Origin: an uncultured Alphaproteobacteria bacterium
GTDB taxonomy: Bacteria; Pseudomonadota; Alphaproteobacteria; Methylaequorales; Methylaequoraceae
Length of the DNA stretch: 61,275 nucleotides
Direction of reading: 5' to 3'
Assembly: GCA_902590895.1 (NCBI GenBank)
Contig: CACIYM010000003.1
Location: forward strand, 1-61,275
The notes beneath the pieces were generated by a model, which was not told the origin of the DNA, searched no databases, and worked only from the letters and a program-made list of their open reading frames with translations. Below, piece by piece: positions 1 through 8,655 of this stretch. Position 1 is the stretch's first letter, and each line of letters opens with the position of its first letter. Made by a program: the position numbers and the translations under genes.

Positions 1-1
1 A

Positions 2-700
2 CTCCTTGGAAGGTATAATAGCAAAAAAGATTTTTCCTTTATTTTAAATATCAGTTTATTTGGTTTAATTTCTTTAATTCTTTTGAGTCAGCCAGATTTT
101 GGCATGTTTATTTTATTTTTTTCCGTCTGGATAATACAAATATTAAACTCAAGTCTAGAAAAAAAAATAATCTTCCCTGTAATTTGTTTATTTATATTAT
201 CTTTTATACTGAGCTATATATTTCTTGATCATGTGAGATTTAGAATTAACAACTTTTTGTTTTCAAATATTGGTGATAATTATCAGATAAACAAATCTCT
301 TGAATCTTTTTCTAATGGAGGACTTTTTGGACAAGGAATAGGTAATGGAATGGTTTCTAAAAACTTGCCTGATGCACATTCTGACTTTATTTATGCTCTC
401 ATTGGAGAGGAATTTGGATTCATCACAGCTTTTTTAATTTTAGCTTTTTATGTAATTATTTACGTAAGGATATTTATGATATCCCAAACAACTAATAATC
501 TTTTTATTCTCAACTCACTCACGGGTTTAGGAAATATTTTAATTTTTCAGACTATAATTAACATTTCCTCAAGTTTAAATTTATTACCAACGAAAGGCAT
601 GACCTTACCTTTTATTTCTTATGGTGGCTCTTCTATAATATCTAGTTCATTAATAGTTGGCTTCATATTAACTTTGATAAATAATGCAAAAAAACAATAA
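2..700 (+). CDS. ftsW: Cell division/peptidoglycan polymerase FtsW (SEDS family), 5'-truncated by window edge
   Basis: The frame is open from nt 2 with no stop. Motifs seen: LLSQPDFGM, GQGIGNG, LPDAHSDFIY, TKGMTLPFISYGGSS. It lies directly upstream of murG, as in dcw clusters. Confidence 0.85.
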   Translation, partial: LLGRYNSKKDFSFILNISLFGLISLILLSQPDFGMFILFFSVWIIQILNSSLEKKIIFPVICLFILSFILSYIFLDHVRFRINNFLFSNIGDNYQINKSLESFSNGGLFGQGIGNGMVSKNLPDAHSDFIYALIGEEFGFITAFLILAFYVIIYVRIFMISQTTNNLFILNSLTGLGNILIFQTIINISSSLNLLPTKGMTLPFISYGGSSIISSSLIVGFILTLINNAKKQ

Positions 701-1727
701 TACAATTTTTCTTGTTACAGGTGGAACTGGAGGACATTTTTTTCCAGCGTTGGCTGTTGCTCAAAAAGATAAAAAAAATAAATATATATTTGTAATTGAC
801 AAAAGAGTGGAAGAAAATTTAAAAAAACATAGTTTTAATTATTTCGTAGTATCCTCTTCAAAAATAGAAAAAAAAATCTACATGGTACCCATTTTTTTTT
901 TCAAAATCATAAAAGGTTTGTTTAAATCTATATATTTAATTTTGAAATTTAAACCCTCATTAATCGTAGGTTTTGGAGGATACACATCAATTCCTACAGT
1001 ATTAGCTGGTAAATTGTTAAATGTAAAAATACTAATTCATGAGCAAAATGCTTTAATGGGAAGAACAAATAGAATATTATCAAACTTAAGTTATAAAACG
1101 GCTATAAGTTTCTCTCACACAAAATTTGCTAAGAAGGAATCAATTTTAACTGGAATTCCCATTAGGTATTTCAAAAAAAAAAAAGTTGTAAATATTAAAA
1201 AAAGAATTTTAATTTGCGGAGGAAGTCAAGGTGCTAAAATATTTTCAAAAATTGTTCCAAATATCCTCTCACACCTTCCTCAAAAAGTTAAAAACAAAAT
1301 AATTATTATTCAGCAAACAAGAATTGAAGACAAAAATAATTTAAGTTTAAAATATAAAAAAATGAAGATTGATTTTGTTTTAAAAAGTTTTTTTGATGAT
1401 ATTCAAAATCAAATTTATAACTCAGATATTATTTTTGCTCGATGTGGCTCATCTACATTAGCTGAAATTGAATATTGTAAAAAAAGTGCTTTTTTATTTC
1501 CCCTTCCTACTTCGTTAGATAACCATCAATTTCTAAATGCCATGGAACACAAAAAAATAAACAACTGTGAAATTTTTGATGAAAGAAACATCAACTGTTC
1601 TGAAATAAGTAAAAAATTACTTAATGAAATAGAAAAATTAAAAAAAAATAAACATAAAGTCAGTTTAAAAAAAAAAGTATCCTTAAATAAAGTTATAAAT
1701 GATATTATTAAAGAATCCCATGTTTGA
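684..1727 (+). CDS. murG: UDP-N-acetylglucosamine--N-acetylmuramyl-(pentapeptide) pyrophosphoryl-undecaprenol N-acetylglucosamine transferase MurG
   Basis: Contains the GGTGGHFFPALAV G-loop and GGSQGA. Sits in the ftsW-murG-murC position and overlaps ftsW by 17 nt. Confidence 0.9.
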   Translation: MQKNNNTIFLVTGGTGGHFFPALAVAQKDKKNKYIFVIDKRVEENLKKHSFNYFVVSSSKIEKKIYMVPIFFFKIIKGLFKSIYLILKFKPSLIVGFGGYTSIPTVLAGKLLNVKILIHEQNALMGRTNRILSNLSYKTAISFSHTKFAKKESILTGIPIRYFKKKKVVNIKKRILICGGSQGAKIFSKIVPNILSHLPQKVKNKIIIIQQTRIEDKNNLSLKYKKMKIDFVLKSFFDDIQNQIYNSDIIFARCGSSTLAEIEYCKKSAFLFPLPTSLDNHQFLNAMEHKKINNCEIFDERNINCSEISKKLLNEIEKLKKNKHKVSLKKKVSLNKVINDIIKESHV

Positions 1728-3123
1728 TAATGAAAAAAATATACATTTTATCGGTATTGGTGGAATAGGAATGAGTGCTTTAGCGTCCATACTCTCTGAC
1801 AAGGGATTCAAAGTATCAGGGAGTGATCTATCAGAAAATTATATCATAAAGAAACTAAAAAAAAAAAAAATAACCGTACATCTCAGTCATTCAAAGAGTA
1901 ATTTAAAAAATATTGATATAGTTGTTCACTCGTCTGCAATAAAAGAAAATAACGTTGAGTTAAAATTTGCAAAAAAAAATAAAATACCAATTTATTCAAG
2001 AGCAATGATGTTAGCAGATGTAATGAGACTAAAATCTTCAATTACTGTTTCAGGATCTCACGGTAAAACAACAACAACGTCTCTCATCGCTTCAATTTTA
2101 GAAAGATCCAATTACGACCCAACAATTATAAATGGAGGTATAATTAAAGGTCTTGATCTAAATGCAAAACTTGGTAACGGACCATGGTTAGTAGCTGAAG
2201 CTGATGAGTCTGATGGGTCTTTTGTTTTTCTTCCATCAACCATAGGGATCATTAATAATATTGATTTAGAACATACGGATTATTACACTGACCTAAATCA
2301 TCTTAAGAGAGCATTTATTAAATATGCTAAAAATATACCTTTTTTTGGTTTACTTTTTTTATGTATTGACGACAAGAATATAGTTGAGATTAGACAAAAA
2401 TTATCATCTCAGAAAATCATATCATACGGTCTAAATACCTCAGCAAACTTTTATGCAACAAACCTAAAAATATTTGTTAAACAAAATAATTTTTTTACCT
2501 CGTTTGACCTAATCGAAAATTTGAAGAGAAAAAAAATTATTAAAAATTTTATTTTACCATTAGTTGGTAAACATAATGTTCAAAATTGTTTAGCTGCAAT
2601 TAGTCTATCTAGAAGTTTAAATATTTCTTATACAAAGATAAAAAAATCGATAAGTCAGTTTCAGGGTGTTAAGAGAAGGTTTAGTATTTTGTCTAATAAG
2701 AATGGTAATTTAATAATAGACGACTATGCACATCATCCAAGTGAAATCAAGGCAACTTTAGAGTCATTAAAACTTATCTCTAAAAAAAAAATTATTACAA
2801 TAATTGAGCCGCATAGATTTTCTAGACTTACATCTTTTCTTCCAGATTTCATTAGAAGTTTACGTGAATCTAATTCGATATTTGTTTTGCCAGTCTACAG
2901 TGCCGGAGAAAAAAGTAATAGTGAAATAAATAGTCTATCATTTTGCAAGATTCTGGAAAAAAAATTTAAAAGAAAATATGTCTCATTAGTAACGGACGAA
3001 AAAAAATTTTTTAAAAATTTAGAAAAAAAAATCTCTCCTGGAGATAATATTATCTTTTTGGGTGCAGGAAGGAGTACAATAGTTGCTGAAAAATTTTGTA
3101 AATACTTAGGCGTTACCAAATGA
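1699..3123 (+). CDS. murC: UDP-N-acetylmuramate--L-alanine ligase MurC
   Basis: Motifs seen: IHFIGIGGIGMSALA, SGSHGKTTTTS P-loop, DDYAHHPSE. An alternative ATG at 1720 would give an ATGTTTGA overlap with the murG stop. Confidence 0.92.
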   Translation: MILLKNPMFDNEKNIHFIGIGGIGMSALASILSDKGFKVSGSDLSENYIIKKLKKKKITVHLSHSKSNLKNIDIVVHSSAIKENNVELKFAKKNKIPIYSRAMMLADVMRLKSSITVSGSHGKTTTTSLIASILERSNYDPTIINGGIIKGLDLNAKLGNGPWLVAEADESDGSFVFLPSTIGIINNIDLEHTDYYTDLNHLKRAFIKYAKNIPFFGLLFLCIDDKNIVEIRQKLSSQKIISYGLNTSANFYATNLKIFVKQNNFFTSFDLIENLKRKKIIKNFILPLVGKHNVQNCLAAISLSRSLNISYTKIKKSISQFQGVKRRFSILSNKNGNLIIDDYAHHPSEIKATLESLKLISKKKIITIIEPHRFSRLTSFLPDFIRSLRESNSIFVLPVYSAGEKSNSEINSLSFCKILEKKFKRKYVSLVTDEKKFFKNLEKKISPGDNIIFLGAGRSTIVAEKFCKYLGVTK

Positions 3124-4019
3124 CTAGTTTTTTAAATGATTTAAAGAGTTTAAAGTTTAATTATAAACTTGGAAAAAAAACGTGGTTTGGAACAGGGGGT
3201 AATTCAACTTTTTATATTGAAATCAATTCTGAAATTAATCTTCAAAAACTTCTTAAGCTGTTGCCTCTCTCTATGCCAATTTTCGTTTTAGGTGCTGGAT
3301 CAAATATAATAGTTAGAGACGGTGGATTTGACGGATTAACTATAAAGTTAAAAGGAAACTTAAAAAAAATAAATTATGATAAAAATAAAAACTTTCTAAC
3401 AATTGGAGGTGCAGTAAAAGATTCAACTATTTCTAAATTTTGTGAGGATAATTCAATTACAGACTTTGAATTTTTAAGAGGTATCCCTGGAACTTTAGGA
3501 GGTAACATTATGATGAATGCCGGATGTTATGGGAAAGCAATTAGTGACAATTTAATCAGTTGTAATGTGATTTGTAGAAATGGCAAAGTAAATTATTTAA
3601 AAAAAGAGGAAATTAAATTTTCATATAGAAAATCATCAATTGATAGTAGATTTATTGTTACAAGTGCAACTTTCAAAGTAAAAAACCTTTGTAAAAAAAA
3701 AATTTTAAAAAAAATAGCAAAAATTTCAACAACTCGATCATCCACTCAGCCTATTAACTTTAGAACTGGAGGGAGCACTTTTAAAAATCCACCTAATGAA
3801 TCTGCATGGAAACTAATAGATAAAATAAATTATAGAGGAAAAAGAATAGGTGATGCATCTGTTTCAGAGAAACATGCAAATTTTCTTATTAATAACAATT
3901 ATGCTAAATCACTAGATCTTGAGATGCTTGGTGAGGAAATAAAAGAAAATATTAAAAGAAAATATAATGTGAATTTAGATTGGGAACTTTTAAGAATTGG
4001 CAAGTTTAAAAAAATATAA
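3120..4019 (+). CDS. murB: UDP-N-acetylenolpyruvoylglucosamine reductase MurB
   Basis: Motifs seen: GTGGNSTFY, VLGAGSNI, TGGSTFKNP, KHANFLIN. ATGA start/stop overlap with murC. Confidence 0.9.
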   Translation: MTSFLNDLKSLKFNYKLGKKTWFGTGGNSTFYIEINSEINLQKLLKLLPLSMPIFVLGAGSNIIVRDGGFDGLTIKLKGNLKKINYDKNKNFLTIGGAVKDSTISKFCEDNSITDFEFLRGIPGTLGGNIMMNAGCYGKAISDNLISCNVICRNGKVNYLKKEEIKFSYRKSSIDSRFIVTSATFKVKNLCKKKILKKIAKISTTRSSTQPINFRTGGSTFKNPPNESAWKLIDKINYRGKRIGDASVSEKHANFLINNNYAKSLDLEMLGEEIKENIKRKYNVNLDWELLRIGKFKKI

Positions 4020-4914
4020 AAAAATTGTCATATTAAGCGGTGGGATTTCTGATGAAAAAGAAATTTCTATTCTTACATCAAAAGAAGTATTTAAAGAATT
4101 AAAAAAAGATTATGACGTTAGTTTAATAAATGTAACGGATGACTGCCAACAATTAGTTGAAAGTTTATTAAAAAAAAAACCTGATATTGTATTTAATTGC
4201 CTTCATGGATTTTTTGGTGAAGATGGACAAATTCAATCAATTTTAAATTATTTAAAAATTAAGTATACTCACTCTGGAGTATTAACATCATCAATTTTGA
4301 TGAATAAAGAAGTTTCAAAAAAAATTTTTACTTCTTTTGGAGCAAATACTCCAGTTTCAATCAATTTAGACAAAGTAAAAAAAAAACGAACAAGATTTCC
4401 TTTAATAATAAAGCCCATTAACGGAGGCTCAAGTAATGGCTTGGTAAAAGTTAATAATGCAAATGAGTTAGATTTATTTTTAAAAGAACACAAATGTGAT
4501 AAAAAAAGTTATCTTTATGAAAATTTCATTGATGGAAGAGAAATTACAGTTGGTATTCTTGATAATAAAGTTTGTGGAATAATGGAAATAGTTTTTGATT
4601 CTGAACTTTATGACTATAAAAATAAATATATTCAAATTGCTGATCATATAATCAATCCACAAATACCATCACATATAAGAGAAAAATTGCTTAAAATTTC
4701 TATTGATGTGCATAAAGGTACTGGCTGCAACTGCATTAGTAGGCTTGATTTTAGATATGAGGAACAGAAAGATGAAGTTTTTTTATTAGAAGTTAATACA
4801 CAACCAGGTCTGACACAAAATTCTTTGCTACCTGAAATGGCAAAGAATAATGGAATAAGTTTTAATGAACTATGTAAAATTCTTATTGAAAATTCAATAT
4901 GCGAAAGTTTTTAA
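3997..4914 (+). CDS. ddl: D-alanine--D-alanine ligase
   Basis: Contains LHGFFGEDGQIQ and the EVNTQPGLT ATP-grasp motif. Sits in the murB-ddl-ftsQ position. Confidence 0.9.
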   Translation: MASLKKYKKIVILSGGISDEKEISILTSKEVFKELKKDYDVSLINVTDDCQQLVESLLKKKPDIVFNCLHGFFGEDGQIQSILNYLKIKYTHSGVLTSSILMNKEVSKKIFTSFGANTPVSINLDKVKKKRTRFPLIIKPINGGSSNGLVKVNNANELDLFLKEHKCDKKSYLYENFIDGREITVGILDNKVCGIMEIVFDSELYDYKNKYIQIADHIINPQIPSHIREKLLKISIDVHKGTGCNCISRLDFRYEEQKDEVFLLEVNTQPGLTQNSLLPEMAKNNGISFNELCKILIENSICESF

Positions 4915-5594
4915 CAGTTTCATTTTTATTTCTATTGCTTTTTTTTATTTACAAAAATTTTTTTAATTTAGATAAAATTCTTGAGAAATTAGAGAAAAAA
5001 GTTCACAAAATTGTTGTTCATAATTTAGATAATTTAGATGAAGACCTAATTTTAAGAAAAATAAAATTAAAAGAGGGTCATAGTTTCTGGAATTTTAATT
5101 CAACTGAACTTTCTGATGATTTAAAAAAAGTAAGAGGAATAAATAATTTCTCTTTCAAAATGGAAAATAATGGTATTTTAAATATTTTTATTAAGGAAGA
5201 TAAACCATTCATGATTTGGAGGTATTCAAATAAATTTAAATATTTAAATGATGAAGGAGAAATTTTAGATTTTAATAAAAAAGGATTTAAAAATTTAATT
5301 ATACTGGAAGGAAAGCTTGAAAAAGAAGAACTTAAAAAGTTTAATAAAATTCTTATTGACGATATTCACCTAAAAGAAAGTATTTTAAAAGTTTATTTTT
5401 CAGAAAATATTGGATGGAAAATATTTTTTAAAGATAAATCATGTCTCTATCTTCCATTAGAAAAAATTGATAAACTAATGAGTGTTTATAAAAAAATTAA
5501 GGATTCTAAAATTTACAATAATTTTAAATATTTTGATATGCGTATTCTGGAAAGAGTTTACCTTAATAAAGAAAATAAATGTTTAGCTTCCTGA
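4899..5594 (+). CDS. ftsQ: Cell division protein FtsQ (divergent)
   Basis: One N-terminal TM helix (FLTVSFLFLLLFFIY) followed by a POTRA-sized region. Size and position between ddl and ftsA fit FtsQ. The sequence itself is weakly conserved. Confidence 0.7.
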   Translation: MRKFLTVSFLFLLLFFIYKNFFNLDKILEKLEKKVHKIVVHNLDNLDEDLILRKIKLKEGHSFWNFNSTELSDDLKKVRGINNFSFKMENNGILNIFIKEDKPFMIWRYSNKFKYLNDEGEILDFNKKGFKNLIILEGKLEKEELKKFNKILIDDIHLKESILKVYFSENIGWKIFFKDKSCLYLPLEKIDKLMSVYKKIKDSKIYNNFKYFDMRILERVYLNKENKCLAS

Positions 5595-6781
5595 AAAATC
5601 AAAGAAAAATAATTGTTTTTGATATTGGTTCACAAAAGATTGGAGCCATATCTTTCAAGATTATTAATAATAAGCCGATTATTTTCGATATGGAATACCA
5701 AAAAAATAACTTAGATGAAAATAATCCTCATTTTCTTTCAAACAATATTAAGAAAATTTTTCAAAAAATTTCTAAAAAAAATGATAAATACACAATTTAT
5801 TGTAATATTACAGATGCAAGAGTTATTAGCAAAAAAAATAAAACTCAGATAAAAGCAGGAAAGCTGGGTATTTCAAAAAAAGATGTAAGAAAAATTTTTA
5901 AAAAGTGTGTTTTTGAATCAAAAATTAGTGGAAAGAATCTTTTACATTCTTATCCTCTTAATTTTATTATCGATAATAAAAATATAACTGACGAACCACT
6001 TAATAAATATTGTGAAAACTTGGGTATAAATTGTTTTAATCTATATGTAGACAAAAGTGTTGTAAAAAATCTAAATCTTAATTTTGAAAAAAATAAATTA
6101 CACGTAAAAAGTTATTTTGATTCTGGCATTGCCTCATCTTTAGCATTTCTTTCAAATCAAGAAAAGCAAGATGGAGTTTTAAATATTGATATTGGGGCAA
6201 GAACTAGTAAAGTTGTCGCTTATATAAATAAAAAAATTGTTTTTGTTAAAAATCTTCAAATTGCAGGTGATGATGTAACTTCAGATCTTTCTCAAGGACT
6301 TCAAATTACACATGATTCTTCTGAACGTTTAAAGATTATTCATGGAACTTTGAATCCACCTTTTAATGAAAAAATTGAAATTGATCTTGATTCAAAAAAA
6401 AAAAAAATAATTAGCATGAATCTTTTATACGGAATCATAAGACCTAGGTATGATGAGATATTAGAAATTATCAGAGACAATGTATTTGATGAGATAAACA
6501 CAAGAGTTGGGATAAAATCTGTTGTACTTACAGGAGGAGCTAGTAAAATTTGTGGCTTAAAAGTTTTGTGCGAAAATATTCTAAATAGAAAAACCAGAAT
6601 TGGACAAATAGAAAACAGTTCAAGTTATTTTTATTGTAAACCAGAATTTAGCACTCTTCTTGGTATGATTAATTTAATTAAAAACCAAGAATATTTTGAT
6701 ATTTTTAAGTCAAAAAATAACAATAAATTATCTATTTTTATGGAGAGATTAGATAAATGGATTGAAGAAAGTTACGTATAA
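5579..6781 (+). CDS. ftsA: Cell division protein FtsA
   Basis: Actin-fold motifs FDIGSQKIG, IDIGARTSKV and VLTGGASKICGL, plus a C-terminal amphipathic tail LSIFMERLDKWIEE. Confidence 0.8.
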   Translation: MFSFLKNQRKIIVFDIGSQKIGAISFKIINNKPIIFDMEYQKNNLDENNPHFLSNNIKKIFQKISKKNDKYTIYCNITDARVISKKNKTQIKAGKLGISKKDVRKIFKKCVFESKISGKNLLHSYPLNFIIDNKNITDEPLNKYCENLGINCFNLYVDKSVVKNLNLNFEKNKLHVKSYFDSGIASSLAFLSNQEKQDGVLNIDIGARTSKVVAYINKKIVFVKNLQIAGDDVTSDLSQGLQITHDSSERLKIIHGTLNPPFNEKIEIDLDSKKKKIISMNLLYGIIRPRYDEILEIIRDNVFDEINTRVGIKSVVLTGGASKICGLKVLCENILNRKTRIGQIENSSSYFYCKPEFSTLLGMINLIKNQEYFDIFKSKNNNKLSIFMERLDKWIEESYV

Positions 6782-6845
6782 TTAAATGTAACATAGTGTA
6801 ATTTTTTGTGAATTGAACGAAATTCAAATATTTATACTATGAGTT

Positions 6846-7778
6846 ATGCATGTTTTAAAAAGAAGCGACGAAAAATCTATTTTTATAGAACAAAAAATTC
6901 CAAAGCTTTCAATTGCGGAGAAACAAAAGACTATATTTAAACCTATTTCTTTTAAAGGTATTGGCCTACATACCGGTAACAAAGTATCAATGACACTGAA
7001 CCCCGCGCCCATAAATACTGGTATTATTTTCAGGATTATTAAAAAACAAGAAAAAATAAATATCAAGGCTCATTACAGTAATGTAAAATCAACTCAATTA
7101 TGCACCCTACTCTCTGATAACACAGGTGTTCATAACATATCTACCGTAGAGCATATTTTATCAGCATTGCATGGACTTGAAATTGATAACGTATACATTG
7201 ATCTTGATAGTAACGAAGTCCCTGTATGCGATGGTTCATCACTAGTTTTTGTTGATCTTTTAAAAAAGAACGGAGTTCAATCTCAAAGCCATTTCAAAAA
7301 TTTTATAAAAATAAAAAAAATTATCGAAGTACAGGACAACGAAAAAATTGCAAGAGTTAGTCCTTTTGACCAAACATTAATAACTTGTAGCGTTGAATAT
7401 CAGCATAAATGTATTGGAAAACAATCCATCTCAATAATACAAACACCTGAGATCTACGAAACCCAGATTTGTTCAGCAAGAACCTTTGGTTTTCTTAAAG
7501 ATGTAAATAAACTCAAAAACAAGGGTTTAATTCTAGGAGGGAGTTTGGATAATGCAATTGTTTTGGGTGAAACCAAAGTTTTAAATAAAGACGGACTTAG
7601 ATTTTCAGATGAATTTGTTAGGCATAAAGTTTTAGATTTTATCGGCGACATATCATTAGCCGGTTATAAAATACTTGGTTCATTTTTCACCTCTCATAGT
7701 GGCCATGAATTAAATCTTAAACTTCTTAAAGAGATCTTTAGTTCTAAAGAGAATTGGGAGCTAGTCTCCTCTAACTAA
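6846..7778 (+). CDS. lpxC: UDP-3-O-acyl-N-acetylglucosamine deacetylase LpxC
   Basis: Motifs seen: GIGLHTGNKVSMTLNPAPINTGIIF, STVEHILSAL, HKVLDFIGD, SGHELN. The N-terminus is about 20 aa longer than remembered E. coli LpxC, so the true start may lie downstream. Confidence 0.92.
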   Translation: MHVLKRSDEKSIFIEQKIPKLSIAEKQKTIFKPISFKGIGLHTGNKVSMTLNPAPINTGIIFRIIKKQEKINIKAHYSNVKSTQLCTLLSDNTGVHNISTVEHILSALHGLEIDNVYIDLDSNEVPVCDGSSLVFVDLLKKNGVQSQSHFKNFIKIKKIIEVQDNEKIARVSPFDQTLITCSVEYQHKCIGKQSISIIQTPEIYETQICSARTFGFLKDVNKLKNKGLILGGSLDNAIVLGETKVLNKDGLRFSDEFVRHKVLDFIGDISLAGYKILGSFFTSHSGHELNLKLLKEIFSSKENWELVSSN

Positions 7779-7829
7779 AAATTAAAATAATTCTTTATTA
7801 AATAAGAAATCAGATTAATAATACTGAAC

Positions 7830-8654
7830 ATGATCTCTTATTTGACAAGGCTAATGTTGTTGTTGATCGTTTTTAGTTGCTCTTCGAATGATAATGAGAC
7901 AACTAACACTTTCTCAACCGATATAAAGTTATATGAATCCGGAATGAGTTATCTTAAAAAGAAAGAATTTACTGAGGCTGTTGAACAGTTTACAGAGTTA
8001 GAAATTCAACATCCTTACTCTAAATGGGCAACAAAAGGGCAACTAATGGCAGGTTTTGCTCATTACAAAGCTAATGAGTATGAAGAAGCAATTCTAACTT
8101 TGAGTAAGTTTATCGAATTGAACCCAACGCACCAGTCTATACCTTATGCAATGTATCTAAAAGCATATTCGTACTTTGAGAGGATGCCAGATGTTAATCT
8201 AGATCAAAAATTATCCATCAGGGCTGTTGAAGAATTCACAGAATTAATTAATAAACATCCAAATTCCATCTATGCAAAAAAATCATTAACTCATCTTAAA
8301 ACACTAAGCAATCATTTAGCAGCTTCTGAGGTAAAAATTGCAAAGTTTTATCAGTCTCAAGGCTATTTTTTAGCAAGTATAAAAAGATACAAAAATGTTT
8401 TAAAAAATTATAAAAAATCCTCTCACATTCCCGAATCTATTTTTAGATTAATCGAGTGTTATGTTTCCTTAGGATTAGTTAAACAATCATACTATTTTTA
8501 TAAAATTTTAGAATACAATTTTCCAAGAAGTCAATGGGCAAAAGAATCTGGGAAGATTATTAAGGAAAAAAAAATTAACAAAAACTTAAAAAAATTCAGA
8601 AAGAAACAACTCGATCTTAAGTCGTTGCAACCAGAAGATTTTGATCTTATTTAG
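7830..8654 (+). CDS. bamD: Outer membrane assembly lipoprotein BamD (YfiO/ComL family)
   Basis: Signal peptide with a lipobox-like LLIVFSC and TPR-like helical repeats. The lpxC-bamD-recN position is conserved in Alphaproteobacteria. Confidence 0.75.
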   Translation: MISYLTRLMLLLIVFSCSSNDNETTNTFSTDIKLYESGMSYLKKKEFTEAVEQFTELEIQHPYSKWATKGQLMAGFAHYKANEYEEAILTLSKFIELNPTHQSIPYAMYLKAYSYFERMPDVNLDQKLSIRAVEEFTELINKHPNSIYAKKSLTHLKTLSNHLAASEVKIAKFYQSQGYFLASIKRYKNVLKNYKKSSHIPESIFRLIECYVSLGLVKQSYYFYKILEYNFPRSQWAKESGKIIKEKKINKNLKKFRKKQLDLKSLQPEDFDLI

Positions 8655-8655
8655 A

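Noticed and set aside
6809-6826. The hairpin TGAATT-gaacga-AATTCA between ftsA and lpxC, considered as an intrinsic terminator.
   Set aside because: The 6-bp stem is all A/T apart from one G-C pair, and no U-tract follows. It is too weak to call and is mentioned only within the ftsZ finding.
6846-6911. The ~20-aa N-terminal extension of LpxC, considered as a novel domain.
   Set aside because: It is more likely a start-codon assignment issue. The conserved LpxC core begins at FKGIGLHTG, and the extension has no recognisable features.
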